From a bacterium (GTDB taxonomy: Bacteria; SAR324; XYD2-FULL-50-16; JBNMNM01), in NCBI GenBank assembly GCA_051275585.1, contig JBNMNM010000002.1, positions 1 to 39,234 on the forward strand: a stretch of 39,234 nucleotides of DNA. The letters run 5' to 3'. The notes under the pieces were generated by a model. That model made no database searches and was not told the DNA's origin. It saw nothing but the letters and a program-made list of their open reading frames with translations. Shown here one piece after another: positions 7,724 to 17,596 of this stretch. The first letter of the stretch is position 1. Every line of letters begins with the position of its first letter. Both the position numbers and the translations under genes were made by a program.

Positions 7724-10003
7724 CTATATAACAGGTGAAATTTTTACAGGAACATTTTTATGAAAAGGTGTTTTTGCAATTGCATCACAGTGATCACTAG
7801 ATGTTAATAGGTTAATTAAAGATTCAGGCTGAATTTTTTCACCATTATCATTAGTGTATGATAATCCATATCCATGAGGTAAACTAATGGTTCCTTGTTG
7901 AGCAGATTCTGTACTTTCTAACATCACTGTAATTTTTCCTGTTTCTGACTCACAAACAACAAATTTTCCATCTTCTAATCCATATTTTTTTACATCTTCA
8001 GGATGTATTCGTAAGGTTCCTTCTTGCTCCTGTTTTCTCCATTTTGGATCACGATAAATCGTATTTGCATTATAAGATCTTCGTTCTCCAGCCATTAGTA
8101 AAAATGGAAATTCCTTAGTTACAATGGATTTATCCTTTTCCTCACTTAATTCATTTAACTCTTTGATTAATTCTGGAATGAATAAATGGATTTTTTTATC
8201 AGGATGACGAAGAAAGCTCCAAGTATCTTCATATTCATGAACACTAATTGCAGTACCAGAGCGTTCATTTAAAATATTATCAAATAAAGCTTCAGCTAAA
8301 CCTTCTCCTTGATTTTTAATTCCTGCTCTTTGAACTGCCTTTTTATGTTTTTGCACATACATTTGTGCGGCACCCCAAAGTAATGCAGCAGGTTTGGCTT
8401 TTACAGGTAATACATCTCCTAGCGTTTCAGTTAAAATAATAGGAACATAAGGAGCAAGATTTGGTTTCAACTTTAGCATTCCTTGTAATGCAAGAGGAAA
8501 TATTTTTAGACTTGGTTTTATTCGATCCATCTTTGCAATTCGTCTTAACCACGAAAAATCATTTGGAATTTCATCCATTGCAACAATTAATCTTCGGTAG
8601 ATTTCGTGCTCAGGAAGAGTTTCAGCAAGTGGTTCTGTAATTGGTTTTCTGAGTTGAAAGCTATTTTCAGGAAATGTTAAATTAAAGAAAGAAGCCTCCC
8701 ATTTCTCATATTGCGAAGAAGCTGGAAGAATATAATCAGCCATTGCAGTCGTTTCTGTCATTGCAACATCAATTACAACCAATAAATCTAACTTTTGAAA
8801 TGCTTTTCGATAAGCTTGTGTATTTGCTGCTGTTGCTAGTGGATTAGAACTATCAACAACAAGTCCACGAATTCTTTGTGAGTGCTTAGAATCGATTTCT
8901 TTAGGAAGAATATTGGGAGGATAAAACTTACTGATTGGCTTCATTCCTGTTGTAACTGTTTTCCATACCTTAGGATTATCTTCAGGATCATCAGAATGAC
9001 CAATAATTGGCAATAAGAAGCTATGAAAGTTATTACAACCTTCTTTTCCAAAGTTTCCTGTAATTAGAAATAATAATTTTTCAAGATATGAATTCAGTGT
9101 ACTATGTAAACTTTGTTGAATGCCTAAGTCTGCTCGGATGGTAACTTTTTTGGTATTAGCTATTTCATAAGCAATTGTACGAACAAGTTTAGGTTCAATT
9201 CCTGCGATTTTAGAATATTGATCAACTGAGATTGCTTTGAAAGATTCTTTTATTTGTTCAAATTCAATGGTTCTTTCATTTAAAAACTTTTGATCTTCTA
9301 ATCCTTCTTGAATAATCACAGCTAAAATTGCAGATAAAAGAAAAGCATCTTTTCCTGCTTTTACTGCTAAATGATAATCTGCTCGTTCTGCGGTTTCTGT
9401 TCTTCTTGGATCAATTACAACCATTTTACGGTTTGGATCTTTTTGGATTTTTTGTAATGTTTTTCGAGCCTGAGGAAATCCATGAGCTTGCCAAGGATTT
9501 GTTCCAATAAAAATGATTAATTCAGCTTCATCAATTCCATCTGTAGGATGACAAGTTTGACGACCAAATAATTTTCCATTTACCCAAAAATCACCTGTTT
9601 TTTCTTGAGCTAATGCAGAGTAGTGATATTGAGTTTGCATTGCAGATCGTAAACTTGCAGAAAAAGCTCCACCAAGATGATTTCCTTGTCCACCACCACC
9701 ATAAAAGGCTAAACTTTTACCAGTGTAGCTTTCTCGTAATCGAAGTAGATGATTTGCAACTTCCGAAACGGCAACATCCCACGAAACTTTTTTAAAGGAG
9801 CCATCAGGCATTTTTTTTAAAGGATGTGTTAAACGGTCTTTATGATTTTGGTAATAGTTTAATTGACTTGCTTTCTGGCAAAGATAACCTTTTGATGTTG
9901 GATTTTTTTTGTCACCTTGAATTTTTGTAAATGTTCCATTTTCAACGGTAATTTCCAAACCACAATTTTCACTACACAAAATACATGCTGTTGACTGTTT
10001 CAT
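7724..10003 (-). CDS. molybdopterin (bis-MGD) oxidoreductase, cytoplasmic, substrate unknown
   Basis: 759 aa. N-terminal 4Fe-4S motif C-ILC-SENC...C (CxxCxxxC plus a distal Cys in GYLCQKA). Has the C-terminal molybdopterin dinucleotide-binding beta-barrel (RIHPEDVKKYGLEDGKFV...LPHGYG). No Tat signal peptide. Confidence 0.85.
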   Translation of the reverse strand: MKQSTACILCSENCGLEITVENGTFTKIQGDKKNPTSKGYLCQKASQLNYYQNHKDRLTHPLKKMPDGSFKKVSWDVAVSEVANHLLRLRESYTGKSLAFYGGGGQGNHLGGAFSASLRSAMQTQYHYSALAQEKTGDFWVNGKLFGRQTCHPTDGIDEAELIIFIGTNPWQAHGFPQARKTLQKIQKDPNRKMVVIDPRRTETAERADYHLAVKAGKDAFLLSAILAVIIQEGLEDQKFLNERTIEFEQIKESFKAISVDQYSKIAGIEPKLVRTIAYEIANTKKVTIRADLGIQQSLHSTLNSYLEKLLFLITGNFGKEGCNNFHSFLLPIIGHSDDPEDNPKVWKTVTTGMKPISKFYPPNILPKEIDSKHSQRIRGLVVDSSNPLATAANTQAYRKAFQKLDLLVVIDVAMTETTAMADYILPASSQYEKWEASFFNLTFPENSFQLRKPITEPLAETLPEHEIYRRLIVAMDEIPNDFSWLRRIAKMDRIKPSLKIFPLALQGMLKLKPNLAPYVPIILTETLGDVLPVKAKPAALLWGAAQMYVQKHKKAVQRAGIKNQGEGLAEALFDNILNERSGTAISVHEYEDTWSFLRHPDKKIHLFIPELIKELNELSEEKDKSIVTKEFPFLLMAGERRSYNANTIYRDPKWRKQEQEGTLRIHPEDVKKYGLEDGKFVVCESETGKITVMLESTESAQQGTISLPHGYGLSYTNDNGEKIQPESLINLLTSSDHCDAIAKTPFHKNVPVKISPVI

Positions 10004-10029
10004 CCTTGCTCCTATCTCTGTTTTAGTAT

Positions 10030-10077
10030 AGTTCCTTTTTAGAACTTACAAACCACATTAAGTTCTAAAAAGGAACT
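10030..10077. promoter_or_regulatory. perfect 19-bp inverted repeat (candidate HxlR operator) in a divergent promoter region
   Basis: AGTTCCTTTTTAGAACTTA (10030-10048), a 10-nt spacer, then TAAGTTCTAAAAAGGAACT (10059-10077). The second arm is the exact reverse complement of the first. It lies between the Mo-oxidoreductase start (10003, -) and the hxlR-family start (10113, +). Confidence 0.6.
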
Positions 10078-10112
10078 TATCAAGAACCAAATTAAAAATT
10101 TTATTTTTTATT

Positions 10113-10637
10113 ATGCGTTGGAAGGACTTAAAAGAAGAGCCATGTTCGATTGCAAGAACTCTATCTGTGATTGGAGATCGTTGGACTCTATTGATATTAC
10201 GGAACTGTTTTTTACGAGTTCGTCGATTTGATGATTTTCAAAAACAGTTGGGAATTACCCGACACTTGCTTGCTGATCGTTTAAAAAGGTTAGTGAGTTA
10301 TGACATTCTGAAAAAAGAACAGTATCAAGAACGTCCTGTACGGTATGAATATCGACTTACTGAGAGTGGTCTTGAATTACATCCCATTATTCTTTTAATT
10401 AGCCAGTGGGGAAATAAATGGCTCGCACCAGAAGGAAATTTAATTGAATATATTCACCAAAATAAAGTGGAACATACAATGAAAGCAAAATTAGTATGTG
10501 AAGAGTGTGAAGATGAAATTCATCCAAAAGATATTCGTCCAGAAATTGGAGAAGGTTTAAGTAAATGGATTGAAAATGCGACTCCAGAAACTCTTGAGAG
10601 TTACTATGATTTATATTTTAAAGAAAAAGAAGAATAA
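10113..10637 (+). CDS. HxlR-family (DUF24/MarR-like) winged-helix transcriptional regulator with a roughly 65-aa C-terminal extension
   Basis: 174 aa. Family pattern C-SIARTLSVIGDRWTLLILR...RRFDDF...LGITRHLLADRLKRL...Y.LTESG. The N-terminal Cys11 sits where the redox-sensing Cys of YodB/HypR-type members is found. The extension carries CEEC. Confidence 0.85.
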   Translation: MRWKDLKEEPCSIARTLSVIGDRWTLLILRNCFLRVRRFDDFQKQLGITRHLLADRLKRLVSYDILKKEQYQERPVRYEYRLTESGLELHPIILLISQWGNKWLAPEGNLIEYIHQNKVEHTMKAKLVCEECEDEIHPKDIRPEIGEGLSKWIENATPETLESYYDLYFKEKEE

Positions 10638-10755
10638 CTGTTTTTTTTCAGATTGAAACTCTCGTAAAATATATAACGGAAAAAAAAGATTCTTTTTCGA
10701 ATGATGGAAAAATCGTAATATTTTTGAACGTTTTATGCTTTTAAAAAGGGGTTTT

Positions 10756-11106
10756 ATGAATGCTTTAGCCAAAAAGAAATGTATTCCTTGTAAAGGAGGA
10801 ATTCCGCCACTAAAAGGAGAACAATTATTCAAAATATACCAAGAACTAAAAAATGACTGGAAGCTAGTTGAAGAACATCAAATTGAGAAGGAGTTTCAAT
10901 TTCCTGATTTTAAAAAAGCACTCGAATTTACGAATAGTATAGGAAGTTTAGCAGAAGAAGTATGGCATCATCCTGATATTCATCTTTCGTGGGGAAAGGT
11001 AATTGTGATGATATGGACTCATAAAATCAATGGATTAGCTGAGAGTGATTTTATTTATGCAGCAAAAGTAGATCAAATTTTTGAAAATAGTTTTTCAAGT
11101 TCATAA
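10756..11106 (+). CDS. phhB: pterin-4-alpha-carbinolamine dehydratase
   Basis: Motifs W.L...IEKEFQFPDFKKALEFTN..G.LAEE.WHHPDI...WGKV.V..WTH..NGL...DF..A are typical of PCD/DCoH. The track start is 10735. I prefer the ATG at 10756, which has an AAGGGG Shine-Dalgarno at 10746-10751. Confidence 0.85.
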   Translation: MNALAKKKCIPCKGGIPPLKGEQLFKIYQELKNDWKLVEEHQIEKEFQFPDFKKALEFTNSIGSLAEEVWHHPDIHLSWGKVIVMIWTHKINGLAESDFIYAAKVDQIFENSFSSS

Positions 11107-11107
11107 T

Positions 11108-13447
11108 TTACTTGTTTAATACTTTTTTAATCACAGAACCTATCTCTTCTTCTGAAAAAGGTTTTCTAAGATAAGCACAAATTCCAGTTTTTTTAGGGTC
11201 TGATTTTGATTCACTTTCAGAATACCCAGTAGCTAGAATAATCGGAATATCACGACGAATCTTCATAATTTTTTCACTTAACTGAACTCCAGTCATATGT
11301 GGCATTGTTTGATCTGTAATAATAAGATCAAATATTTGCGGAGATGAAGCAAAACGTTCAAAAGCTTCATTACTGTCAGATGCAGTGGTTACCTTATAAC
11401 CTAAATCTTCTAACATGATTGAGCCAAGTTCGGTCAAAATTACTTCATCATCAACAAGAAGAATATGCTCTTGTCCATTTAGTTCAGGAGTTTTAATTTT
11501 ATTTTCCTCAGAATGAAGGTTTGCATTGCTAACAATGGGTAAATAGATATGAAAGGTTGTGCCTTTATTCACAGCACTTTCTACAGAAATTGCACCTTTG
11601 TGTTTTTGAACAATGCCATGTGCAACAGAAAGTCCCATTCCTGTTCCTTTTCCAACAGCTTTAGTTGTAAAAAATGGCTCAAAAATACGCTCTCGAATTT
11701 CAGAAGGAATACCAATTCCTGTATCTGAGACTAATAACTCTGCATATTTGCCTGATTTTAGTCCTAAAATTAAAGCTGTATTATCTTGAATCTCAACCTC
11801 TTTGATACTAATAGAAAGAAGTCCCCCTCTTTGTTCCATAGAGTGAGCTGCATTTGTACAGAGATTCACAATGACTTGATGAAGCTGACTAAGGTTTCCA
11901 TATAACAAACCACATTCTTTATTAATCTCTGATTCAATTGTAATGGTTGTAGGAAGAGTTGCACGCATCATATTTACAGCTTCCTCTAGAACTACAGCAA
12001 CTTGAACTTCTTCAAAATCTTCTTGTCCTTGATGGCTAAAACTTAAAATTTGTTGAATTAAATCTTTTGCTCTACGCCCAAACTGTAATGCTTGCTTCAA
12101 TCTCTCTTTTGAAGGATCACCATCCTTTAATTTTTTATATACAATCTCAACTGAAGCTGAAACACCATGTAGCGTATTATTAAAGTCATGTGCAATTCCA
12201 CCTGCAAGAGCACCAATGGCTTCCATTTTTTGTCGATGTCGTAATTGTCGCTCTAAACGTACTCGATCATCCTCTGCATTTTTTCGATCAGTAATATTTC
12301 GAATTACAATCACAAGTAAACTTTGAGAAGCAATAACAGCTTGCTTCATATTGACTTCAATCCAAAATTCAGAACCCCATTTATCCTTTGCAAGCCATTC
12401 AAATAGTTGAGGTCCACCAGTTAATGTTTTTTTAACCCATAAGATTGCATCTTCCAGAGAATATGGTTCTTCTTGAACAATAAACTCACCAAATATTGTG
12501 TTTTTAATTTCTTCTGCTGTATAGTTGTACATTTCGCAGAGACGACTATTTACATCAATAATTTTACCTGTAATAGGATCTAAAACACAGATCGCATCAT
12601 TTACTGAGTCAAAAATAGTTTGGTATTGTTCCTCTGAATCAGATAATGCATCTCTTATTTCTTCCCTTTCTGATAATTCAACGATTAGTGTGTCATTTGC
12701 TGATTTTAGTTCTTCTTGTAAGATTTGTTGTTGTTGTTGGTCATTTTGTATGGATAAAGACATTGATTCCATACTACGAGCTAAATTAGCTAATTCATCT
12801 TTTGTATAAATCTGAATTTGTTGGATTGGTTTATGATTTGTAATATTATGGGCTGCTACTTTTAATCGATTGATTGGTAAAATCAAAATTTTGCGAGTAA
12901 AAAACATAATACTTAAACCTGTTAAAACAAGTAAAAGTAAAGAAATCAATATTGTTGAAAGAAAAAGTTCTTGAACTAGTTCTTTTGATTTTTGATTTGA
13001 TACTCCATAAATTACAATCCAATCTTTTTGGGCGATGTATTGTGCAACATATAAAAAATTTTTCTTTTTTGTAATATTGTAAATTCCTCTTACAATACTT
13101 TGCGATGAAAGTTCTGCTAGTAACTCTTTCCAATGCTTGTGAGAAAAAGGAGATTTTTGACTGGGGTTTGATGGAAAAATAAACTGATGATGCCTATTTA
13201 AAATAAAAATTGTTCCTTGAAATGAGTGTTGCTCAATAATAACAATATTATTTTTTTGATGATTTGTTTTTTTTATATTGGATTTAAGAAGATGATTAGA
13301 GTAACTCTTAAGAGTTTGCTCTAAATAATTATATGATGATTCATAGATATTTTTTTGTGCTTGGTGAAATGACCAAGTTGCAATTCCAAGAATTGAGAAA
13401 ATAATAATAGGAAAAATACTAAAAATAAGTTTTGTTTGAAGCCGCAT
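11108..13447 (-). CDS. hybrid sensor histidine kinase (periplasmic sensor, HAMP, PAS, HisKA, HATPase, receiver)
   Basis: 779 aa. Two TM helices flank an extracytoplasmic domain of about 150 aa. Contains a PAS region, the H-box [11 protein letters not shown] boxes ([22 protein letters not shown]), and a C-terminal receiver (ILLVDDE...[14 protein letters not shown]...K). Confidence 0.9.
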   Translation of the reverse strand: MRLQTKLIFSIFPIIIFSILGIATWSFHQAQKNIYESSYNYLEQTLKSYSNHLLKSNIKKTNHQKNNIVIIEQHSFQGTIFILNRHHQFIFPSNPSQKSPFSHKHWKELLAELSSQSIVRGIYNITKKKNFLYVAQYIAQKDWIVIYGVSNQKSKELVQELFLSTILISLLLLVLTGLSIMFFTRKILILPINRLKVAAHNITNHKPIQQIQIYTKDELANLARSMESMSLSIQNDQQQQQILQEELKSANDTLIVELSEREEIRDALSDSEEQYQTIFDSVNDAICVLDPITGKIIDVNSRLCEMYNYTAEEIKNTIFGEFIVQEEPYSLEDAILWVKKTLTGGPQLFEWLAKDKWGSEFWIEVNMKQAVIASQSLLVIVIRNITDRKNAEDDRVRLERQLRHRQKMEAIGALAGGIAHDFNNTLHGVSASVEIVYKKLKDGDPSKERLKQALQFGRRAKDLIQQILSFSHQGQEDFEEVQVAVVLEEAVNMMRATLPTTITIESEINKECGLLYGNLSQLHQVIVNLCTNAAHSMEQRGGLLSISIKEVEIQDNTALILGLKSGKYAELLVSDTGIGIPSEIRERIFEPFFTTKAVGKGTGMGLSVAHGIVQKHKGAISVESAVNKGTTFHIYLPIVSNANLHSEENKIKTPELNGQEHILLVDDEVILTELGSIMLEDLGYKVTTASDSNEAFERFASSPQIFDLIITDQTMPHMTGVQLSEKIMKIRRDIPIILATGYSESESKSDPKKTGICAYLRKPFSEEEIGSVIKKVLNK

Positions 13448-13827
13448 TCTAGAACCTTAATTTAAGATAGCTTTGCTATACCTAGGTCGTATTGAACGCT
13501 ATTTTTACATAGATATTTTTAAAGTGTAACATCTTTTTTGCGAAAGAAGAGAAACAGGTGATTCCTTATATGTTTAAATGCTTAAATTTTTAAAATAGTC
13601 TTATGGAAAAAATTTTTGTGTATTGGAAAACTATAGTCGTGACTTGAATACTTCTATTCAAATTTTTGTTGTAAACAGAGGTAATTCAAGGATGGAACGG
13701 CAACAAAAAAAATGGTTATTTTATTAAAAATTGATTTTGATAGCGGATACTGCGGAATGTATAAAATGAATCAAATTATTAGAAAATGTACTATTTATTT
13801 TAGTTTCTCAGATTGTTAGGTTGTTCA

Positions 13828-14520
13828 TCAAATTTCCCAGTCTGAAATAATGAAATCAGGTTGAGCTAATTTTGGTAAATCTTGAAAGACTTCTTTCTTT
13901 CCATAAAAGACCGTTTTTGTTCCTGCTAAATTTCCTGCTAAAATATCTCCAATTACATTTCCATAATAAACTGCATTATTTGGTATCACCTGATAAAAGT
14001 GACAAGCTTTCTCTATCATATAAGAGGATGGTTTTTTTTGACTTGTAGCAAAATCACCAGAAATATAGCGAACTTCAAAAGAGAAAAATTGATCTAGTTT
14101 TGTGTGAGCTAATTTTCGATGTTGATTTGTAGGTAATCCATTTGAAACAAGAGCTAATTTTTTCCCTTGTTTTTCTAATTTAGCTAAAATCGCACTTGCA
14201 TTAGGAAGTGGTTGTAGGTTCTTCCAGTAGTCTTGATGATATGTAAGAAGGAGTTGTTCGAGAATTTTTTTTTGTAAGGAGTCTTTTATCGAAATATTTG
14301 TCAAAAATGCAGAAAAATATAGTTCAGGATTTCCAGAACTATATTGTTTGCAGAACCATTGGATTTGTTGTTGAAATTTTTGGATAGGAATATCTAAATT
14401 TAGCTGAGAATAAACTGATTTCAATGCAGACTGTTGGGCTTGAGTATATGCCCAACGAGTATTAATCAAAGTATCATCTAAATCAAAAATCTGTAGTTCT
14501 AAGTCAAATAAACTTTGCAT
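13828..14520 (-). CDS. HAD-superfamily hydrolase, subfamily IA-like
   Basis: 230 aa. Motif I IFDLDDTLINT, motif II LALVSNG, motif III KKPSS, motif IV YGNVIGDILAG. Its ATG overlaps the glmS TAA by 1 nt (TAATG), which suggests translational coupling. Confidence 0.8.
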   Translation of the reverse strand: MQSLFDLELQIFDLDDTLINTRWAYTQAQQSALKSVYSQLNLDIPIQKFQQQIQWFCKQYSSGNPELYFSAFLTNISIKDSLQKKILEQLLLTYHQDYWKNLQPLPNASAILAKLEKQGKKLALVSNGLPTNQHRKLAHTKLDQFFSFEVRYISGDFATSQKKPSSYMIEKACHFYQVIPNNAVYYGNVIGDILAGNLAGTKTVFYGKKEVFQDLPKLAQPDFIISDWEI

Positions 14521-16340
14521 TATCCTACTGTCACTGATTTTGCTAAATTTCGAGGTTTATCAATACTACGATCTAGATTTAATGCTGAATAGTATGAAAA
14601 TAGTTGTGCCATAATCATTTCTAAAAATGGAGTCAAAGCCAATGAAACTTTTGGTAAATAAAAGCAGTGATCTAATAGTTTTTCAGCATGATGATCATCA
14701 GTTTGGCAAAATCCAATAACTCTTCCAGATCGAGCCTTAACCTCTTCAATTGCAGACATTGTACTACGATATAACTTTTCATCTTCTTTACTTGGAAGAA
14801 AGAAGAGAGAGTACATTGTTGGATCAATCATTGCTAATGTTCCATGCTTTAGGAATCCAGCAGGTAAACCTTCTGCATGAAGATAGGTAACTTCCTTCAT
14901 TTTCAATGCAGATTCCATTGCAATTGGATAGTAGATCCCTCGTCCCATAAAAAGCCAATTATGAACATGACTTGTTGAGAATGCTAAATCTCGAATAAAA
15001 CCAGATTCCTCGTTTAGTGTTGTCTCAATTAGCTGGGGAAAATCCGTAAGTTCTTGAAGAATGTTCTGTTCTTCTTTTTGAGAAATTGTCCCCTTTAATG
15101 AACCTGTTCTGAGAGCAACTCGAAGTAGGATTAGCATTTGAGCTAATGCTGCTTTTGTTGAAACAACTGAAATTTCAGGGCCAGAACCTTGAAGAATACA
15201 GTAATCTACAGCTTGACTAATTGAGGAACCAACAACATTCACAATTGCAGATGTGGTTGAGCCATGTTTTTGAGCATGACGTAATGCCATTAAAGTATCA
15301 TACGTTTCTCCACTTTGGGATAAATAGAGAATATGATTATCTTCATCTTGAGGAATTAAAGTATCAAACTCATCAGCAGAAACTGCGGGTGTGTGCAAGT
15401 TTGCATATTGAGAAAACAGATAAGTGCCAACTAATGATACAAAGTAGGTTGTTCCAACACCAACTAAAAAAGTTTGTTTATGATCTATAATCTGTTTAGC
15501 AAGAGTATTAATTTCTTGGTCAGAAATACTTAATACATTACGAATTGTTTGAGGTTGGTCAAAAATCTCTTTTAGCATGTAATGGGCATAACCACCTTTT
15601 TGTGCGGTTTGTTGATCCCACTCAATTGTAATAACTTCTTTGTTAATTTTTGATTGGTCTTGAACTGATTTTACAGTAAATCCCTTTCTATCAACAATTA
15701 CATATTCGCCATCATACATTAAAACTGCATCTTTTGTTTCTGAAATAAATGCATTTAAGTCAGAACTAATAAATGTCGCTCCATCTGAAAGTCCTAAAAC
15801 CAGAGGAGATTCATGTTTTACTGCATAAATTCGATCAGGCTCGTGAATTGATAGCAGAGCAATTGCATATGATCCTTCAAGATCACCAATTGCCTTTAAA
15901 AATGCTTGTTCTACATCTTCTGTATTTTCATAATGAATCTGAACTAGATTTACAAAAACCTCAGAATCTGTTTGAGAGTAAAATGTGATTCCTTTTGCTT
16001 CTAATTCTTCTCTTAATTTTAAATAGTTGGAAATAATTCCATTATGAACAATAACAAATTTCTTATTATTAGAAAGATGAGGATGAGAGTTTTCTTTACT
16101 TACACCACCATGAGTAGCCCATCGAGTATGAGCTAATCCAATTGTTCCTTGCATATCTAAGAAATGCTCTTGCTCATCTACCTGAGCAACATCTCCTACA
16201 TTTTTGCGAAGTTCAATCTGTCCTTCATTATATAAGGCAATTCCGCAAGAATCATAACCTCGATATTCTAGACTTTGAAGACAAGCCAGAAGTTTTTTAG
16301 CCACATGTCTGTGAGCTATAACAGCACTAATTCCGCACAT
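14520..16340 (-). CDS. glmS: glutamine--fructose-6-phosphate aminotransferase (isomerizing)
   Basis: 606 aa. N-terminal nucleophile MCGI. Ntn amidotransferase domain followed by two SIS domains, and the conserved C-terminus ...DKPRNLAKSVTVG. Confidence 0.95.
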   Translation of the reverse strand: MCGISAVIAHRHVAKKLLACLQSLEYRGYDSCGIALYNEGQIELRKNVGDVAQVDEQEHFLDMQGTIGLAHTRWATHGGVSKENSHPHLSNNKKFVIVHNGIISNYLKLREELEAKGITFYSQTDSEVFVNLVQIHYENTEDVEQAFLKAIGDLEGSYAIALLSIHEPDRIYAVKHESPLVLGLSDGATFISSDLNAFISETKDAVLMYDGEYVIVDRKGFTVKSVQDQSKINKEVITIEWDQQTAQKGGYAHYMLKEIFDQPQTIRNVLSISDQEINTLAKQIIDHKQTFLVGVGTTYFVSLVGTYLFSQYANLHTPAVSADEFDTLIPQDEDNHILYLSQSGETYDTLMALRHAQKHGSTTSAIVNVVGSSISQAVDYCILQGSGPEISVVSTKAALAQMLILLRVALRTGSLKGTISQKEEQNILQELTDFPQLIETTLNEESGFIRDLAFSTSHVHNWLFMGRGIYYPIAMESALKMKEVTYLHAEGLPAGFLKHGTLAMIDPTMYSLFFLPSKEDEKLYRSTMSAIEEVKARSGRVIGFCQTDDHHAEKLLDHCFYLPKVSLALTPFLEMIMAQLFSYYSALNLDRSIDKPRNLAKSVTVG

Positions 16341-16364
16341 AACTAATAATAAAGATGAAAGTGG

Positions 16365-17567
16365 TTATTCTTGAATCGAAATTTTATCTTCAATTTCTCG
16401 GTTTTCATTGATGTTAACTCCAGGGCCAATTGTATGACCAGTTCCTACAATTGCGTTATCACCAATAAAGGCACCCAACTTGGTTAATTTTGTATCAAGT
16501 TCTCCCGTAGGAGTTTTGCAAGAAATAGTACCACCAGTAGTTTTATAATTTGATGTAACGGTACCAGATCCTAACTGTACACCACTACCTAAAACACTAT
16601 CACCAATAAAAGAGAGACGACCAACTCGTGTATTTCCAAAAAGAACTGAGTTCTTAATCTCTGTTCCATAACCAACAGTTGATGATGCTCCAATTGAGGA
16701 ATGGTTTCTAATTAAACAGTTGTTTCCAATATAAACATTAGAACCAATGTAACAAGGACCATTAATTGTTGTTCCTGAACTGATATGAACATGATCTCCA
16801 ATATGTACAATTCCATTAATTTGTACATTTGCTTCAATTTTTGCTGAACCTGAAATAATAGACTGTTTCCATTGATCCATTTTCATCTGATTTGCAGATA
16901 AAATATGCCAAGGTCGAGTAATATCAATCCAGTCATTTTCCCATAATGATGCTGCAAGTTCATTCTCTGATATTAGTTTTTGAAGAAGAGAAACCATATC
17001 ATAGTTCTCTTCCTTCAGAGTTTGGAAACTTGTACGTGGAAGAATATAACTTCCAGCCAAAACATAATTTGATAAACGAGGATTATCTGGTTTTTCAATG
17101 AATTTATTAATTTTAAATTCATGATTTATGTAGATATTACCATACTCACCCTCGATTGATGGATGAGTAATTGTAGCCATTGCTTTTGCTTGATGAACCT
17201 TAAAATTCTTTAGAAAATGGATGTATGGGTTTTGAATGGAAAGAGTATCACCATACACTAATAAAAAATTAGGATCATCTTCAATAACAGTTTCTGCAAG
17301 TGCAATTGCATTTCCAATTCCAGGTTCTTTTTGAATTAAATATTCAATTTTTAATCCAAAAGCTTTTCCATAATGGAAGTGATCACGAATCATTTGTTGA
17401 TAGTGATCAACCACAATATAAACATCTTGAACACCAGCTTCTTTTAGTTGTTTAAGTGTGGTTTCTAAAATGTACTCGCCTGCAAGAAAAATCATTGATT
17501 TGGGGCGAGTATGAGAAAAAGGAGCAAGTCGCTTGCTTTTTCCACCTGCTAAAATAACTGCTTTCAT
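16365..17567 (-). CDS. sugar-phosphate nucleotidyltransferase with C-terminal left-handed beta-helix (GlmU-like, short 'archaeal-type' architecture)
   Basis: 400 aa. N-terminal NTP-transferase motif ILAGGKSKRLAPFSHTRPKSMI. The C-terminal roughly 150 aa consist of hexapeptide repeats (IG.N..IG...). It ends 24 nt upstream of glmS. Confidence 0.8.
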   Translation of the reverse strand: MKAVILAGGKSKRLAPFSHTRPKSMIFLAGEYILETTLKQLKEAGVQDVYIVVDHYQQMIRDHFHYGKAFGLKIEYLIQKEPGIGNAIALAETVIEDDPNFLLVYGDTLSIQNPYIHFLKNFKVHQAKAMATITHPSIEGEYGNIYINHEFKINKFIEKPDNPRLSNYVLAGSYILPRTSFQTLKEENYDMVSLLQKLISENELAASLWENDWIDITRPWHILSANQMKMDQWKQSIISGSAKIEANVQINGIVHIGDHVHISSGTTINGPCYIGSNVYIGNNCLIRNHSSIGASSTVGYGTEIKNSVLFGNTRVGRLSFIGDSVLGSGVQLGSGTVTSNYKTTGGTISCKTPTGELDTKLTKLGAFIGDNAIVGTGHTIGPGVNINENREIEDKISIQE

Positions 17568-17596
17568 AAGAGGTTACCCTAAATTTTTGGGCAGAA

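Noticed and set aside
16341-16364. glmS ribozyme upstream of glmS.
   Set aside because: Only 24 nt separate glmS from the preceding gene. That leaves no room for a ribozyme of about 170 nt, and glmS is internal to an operon.
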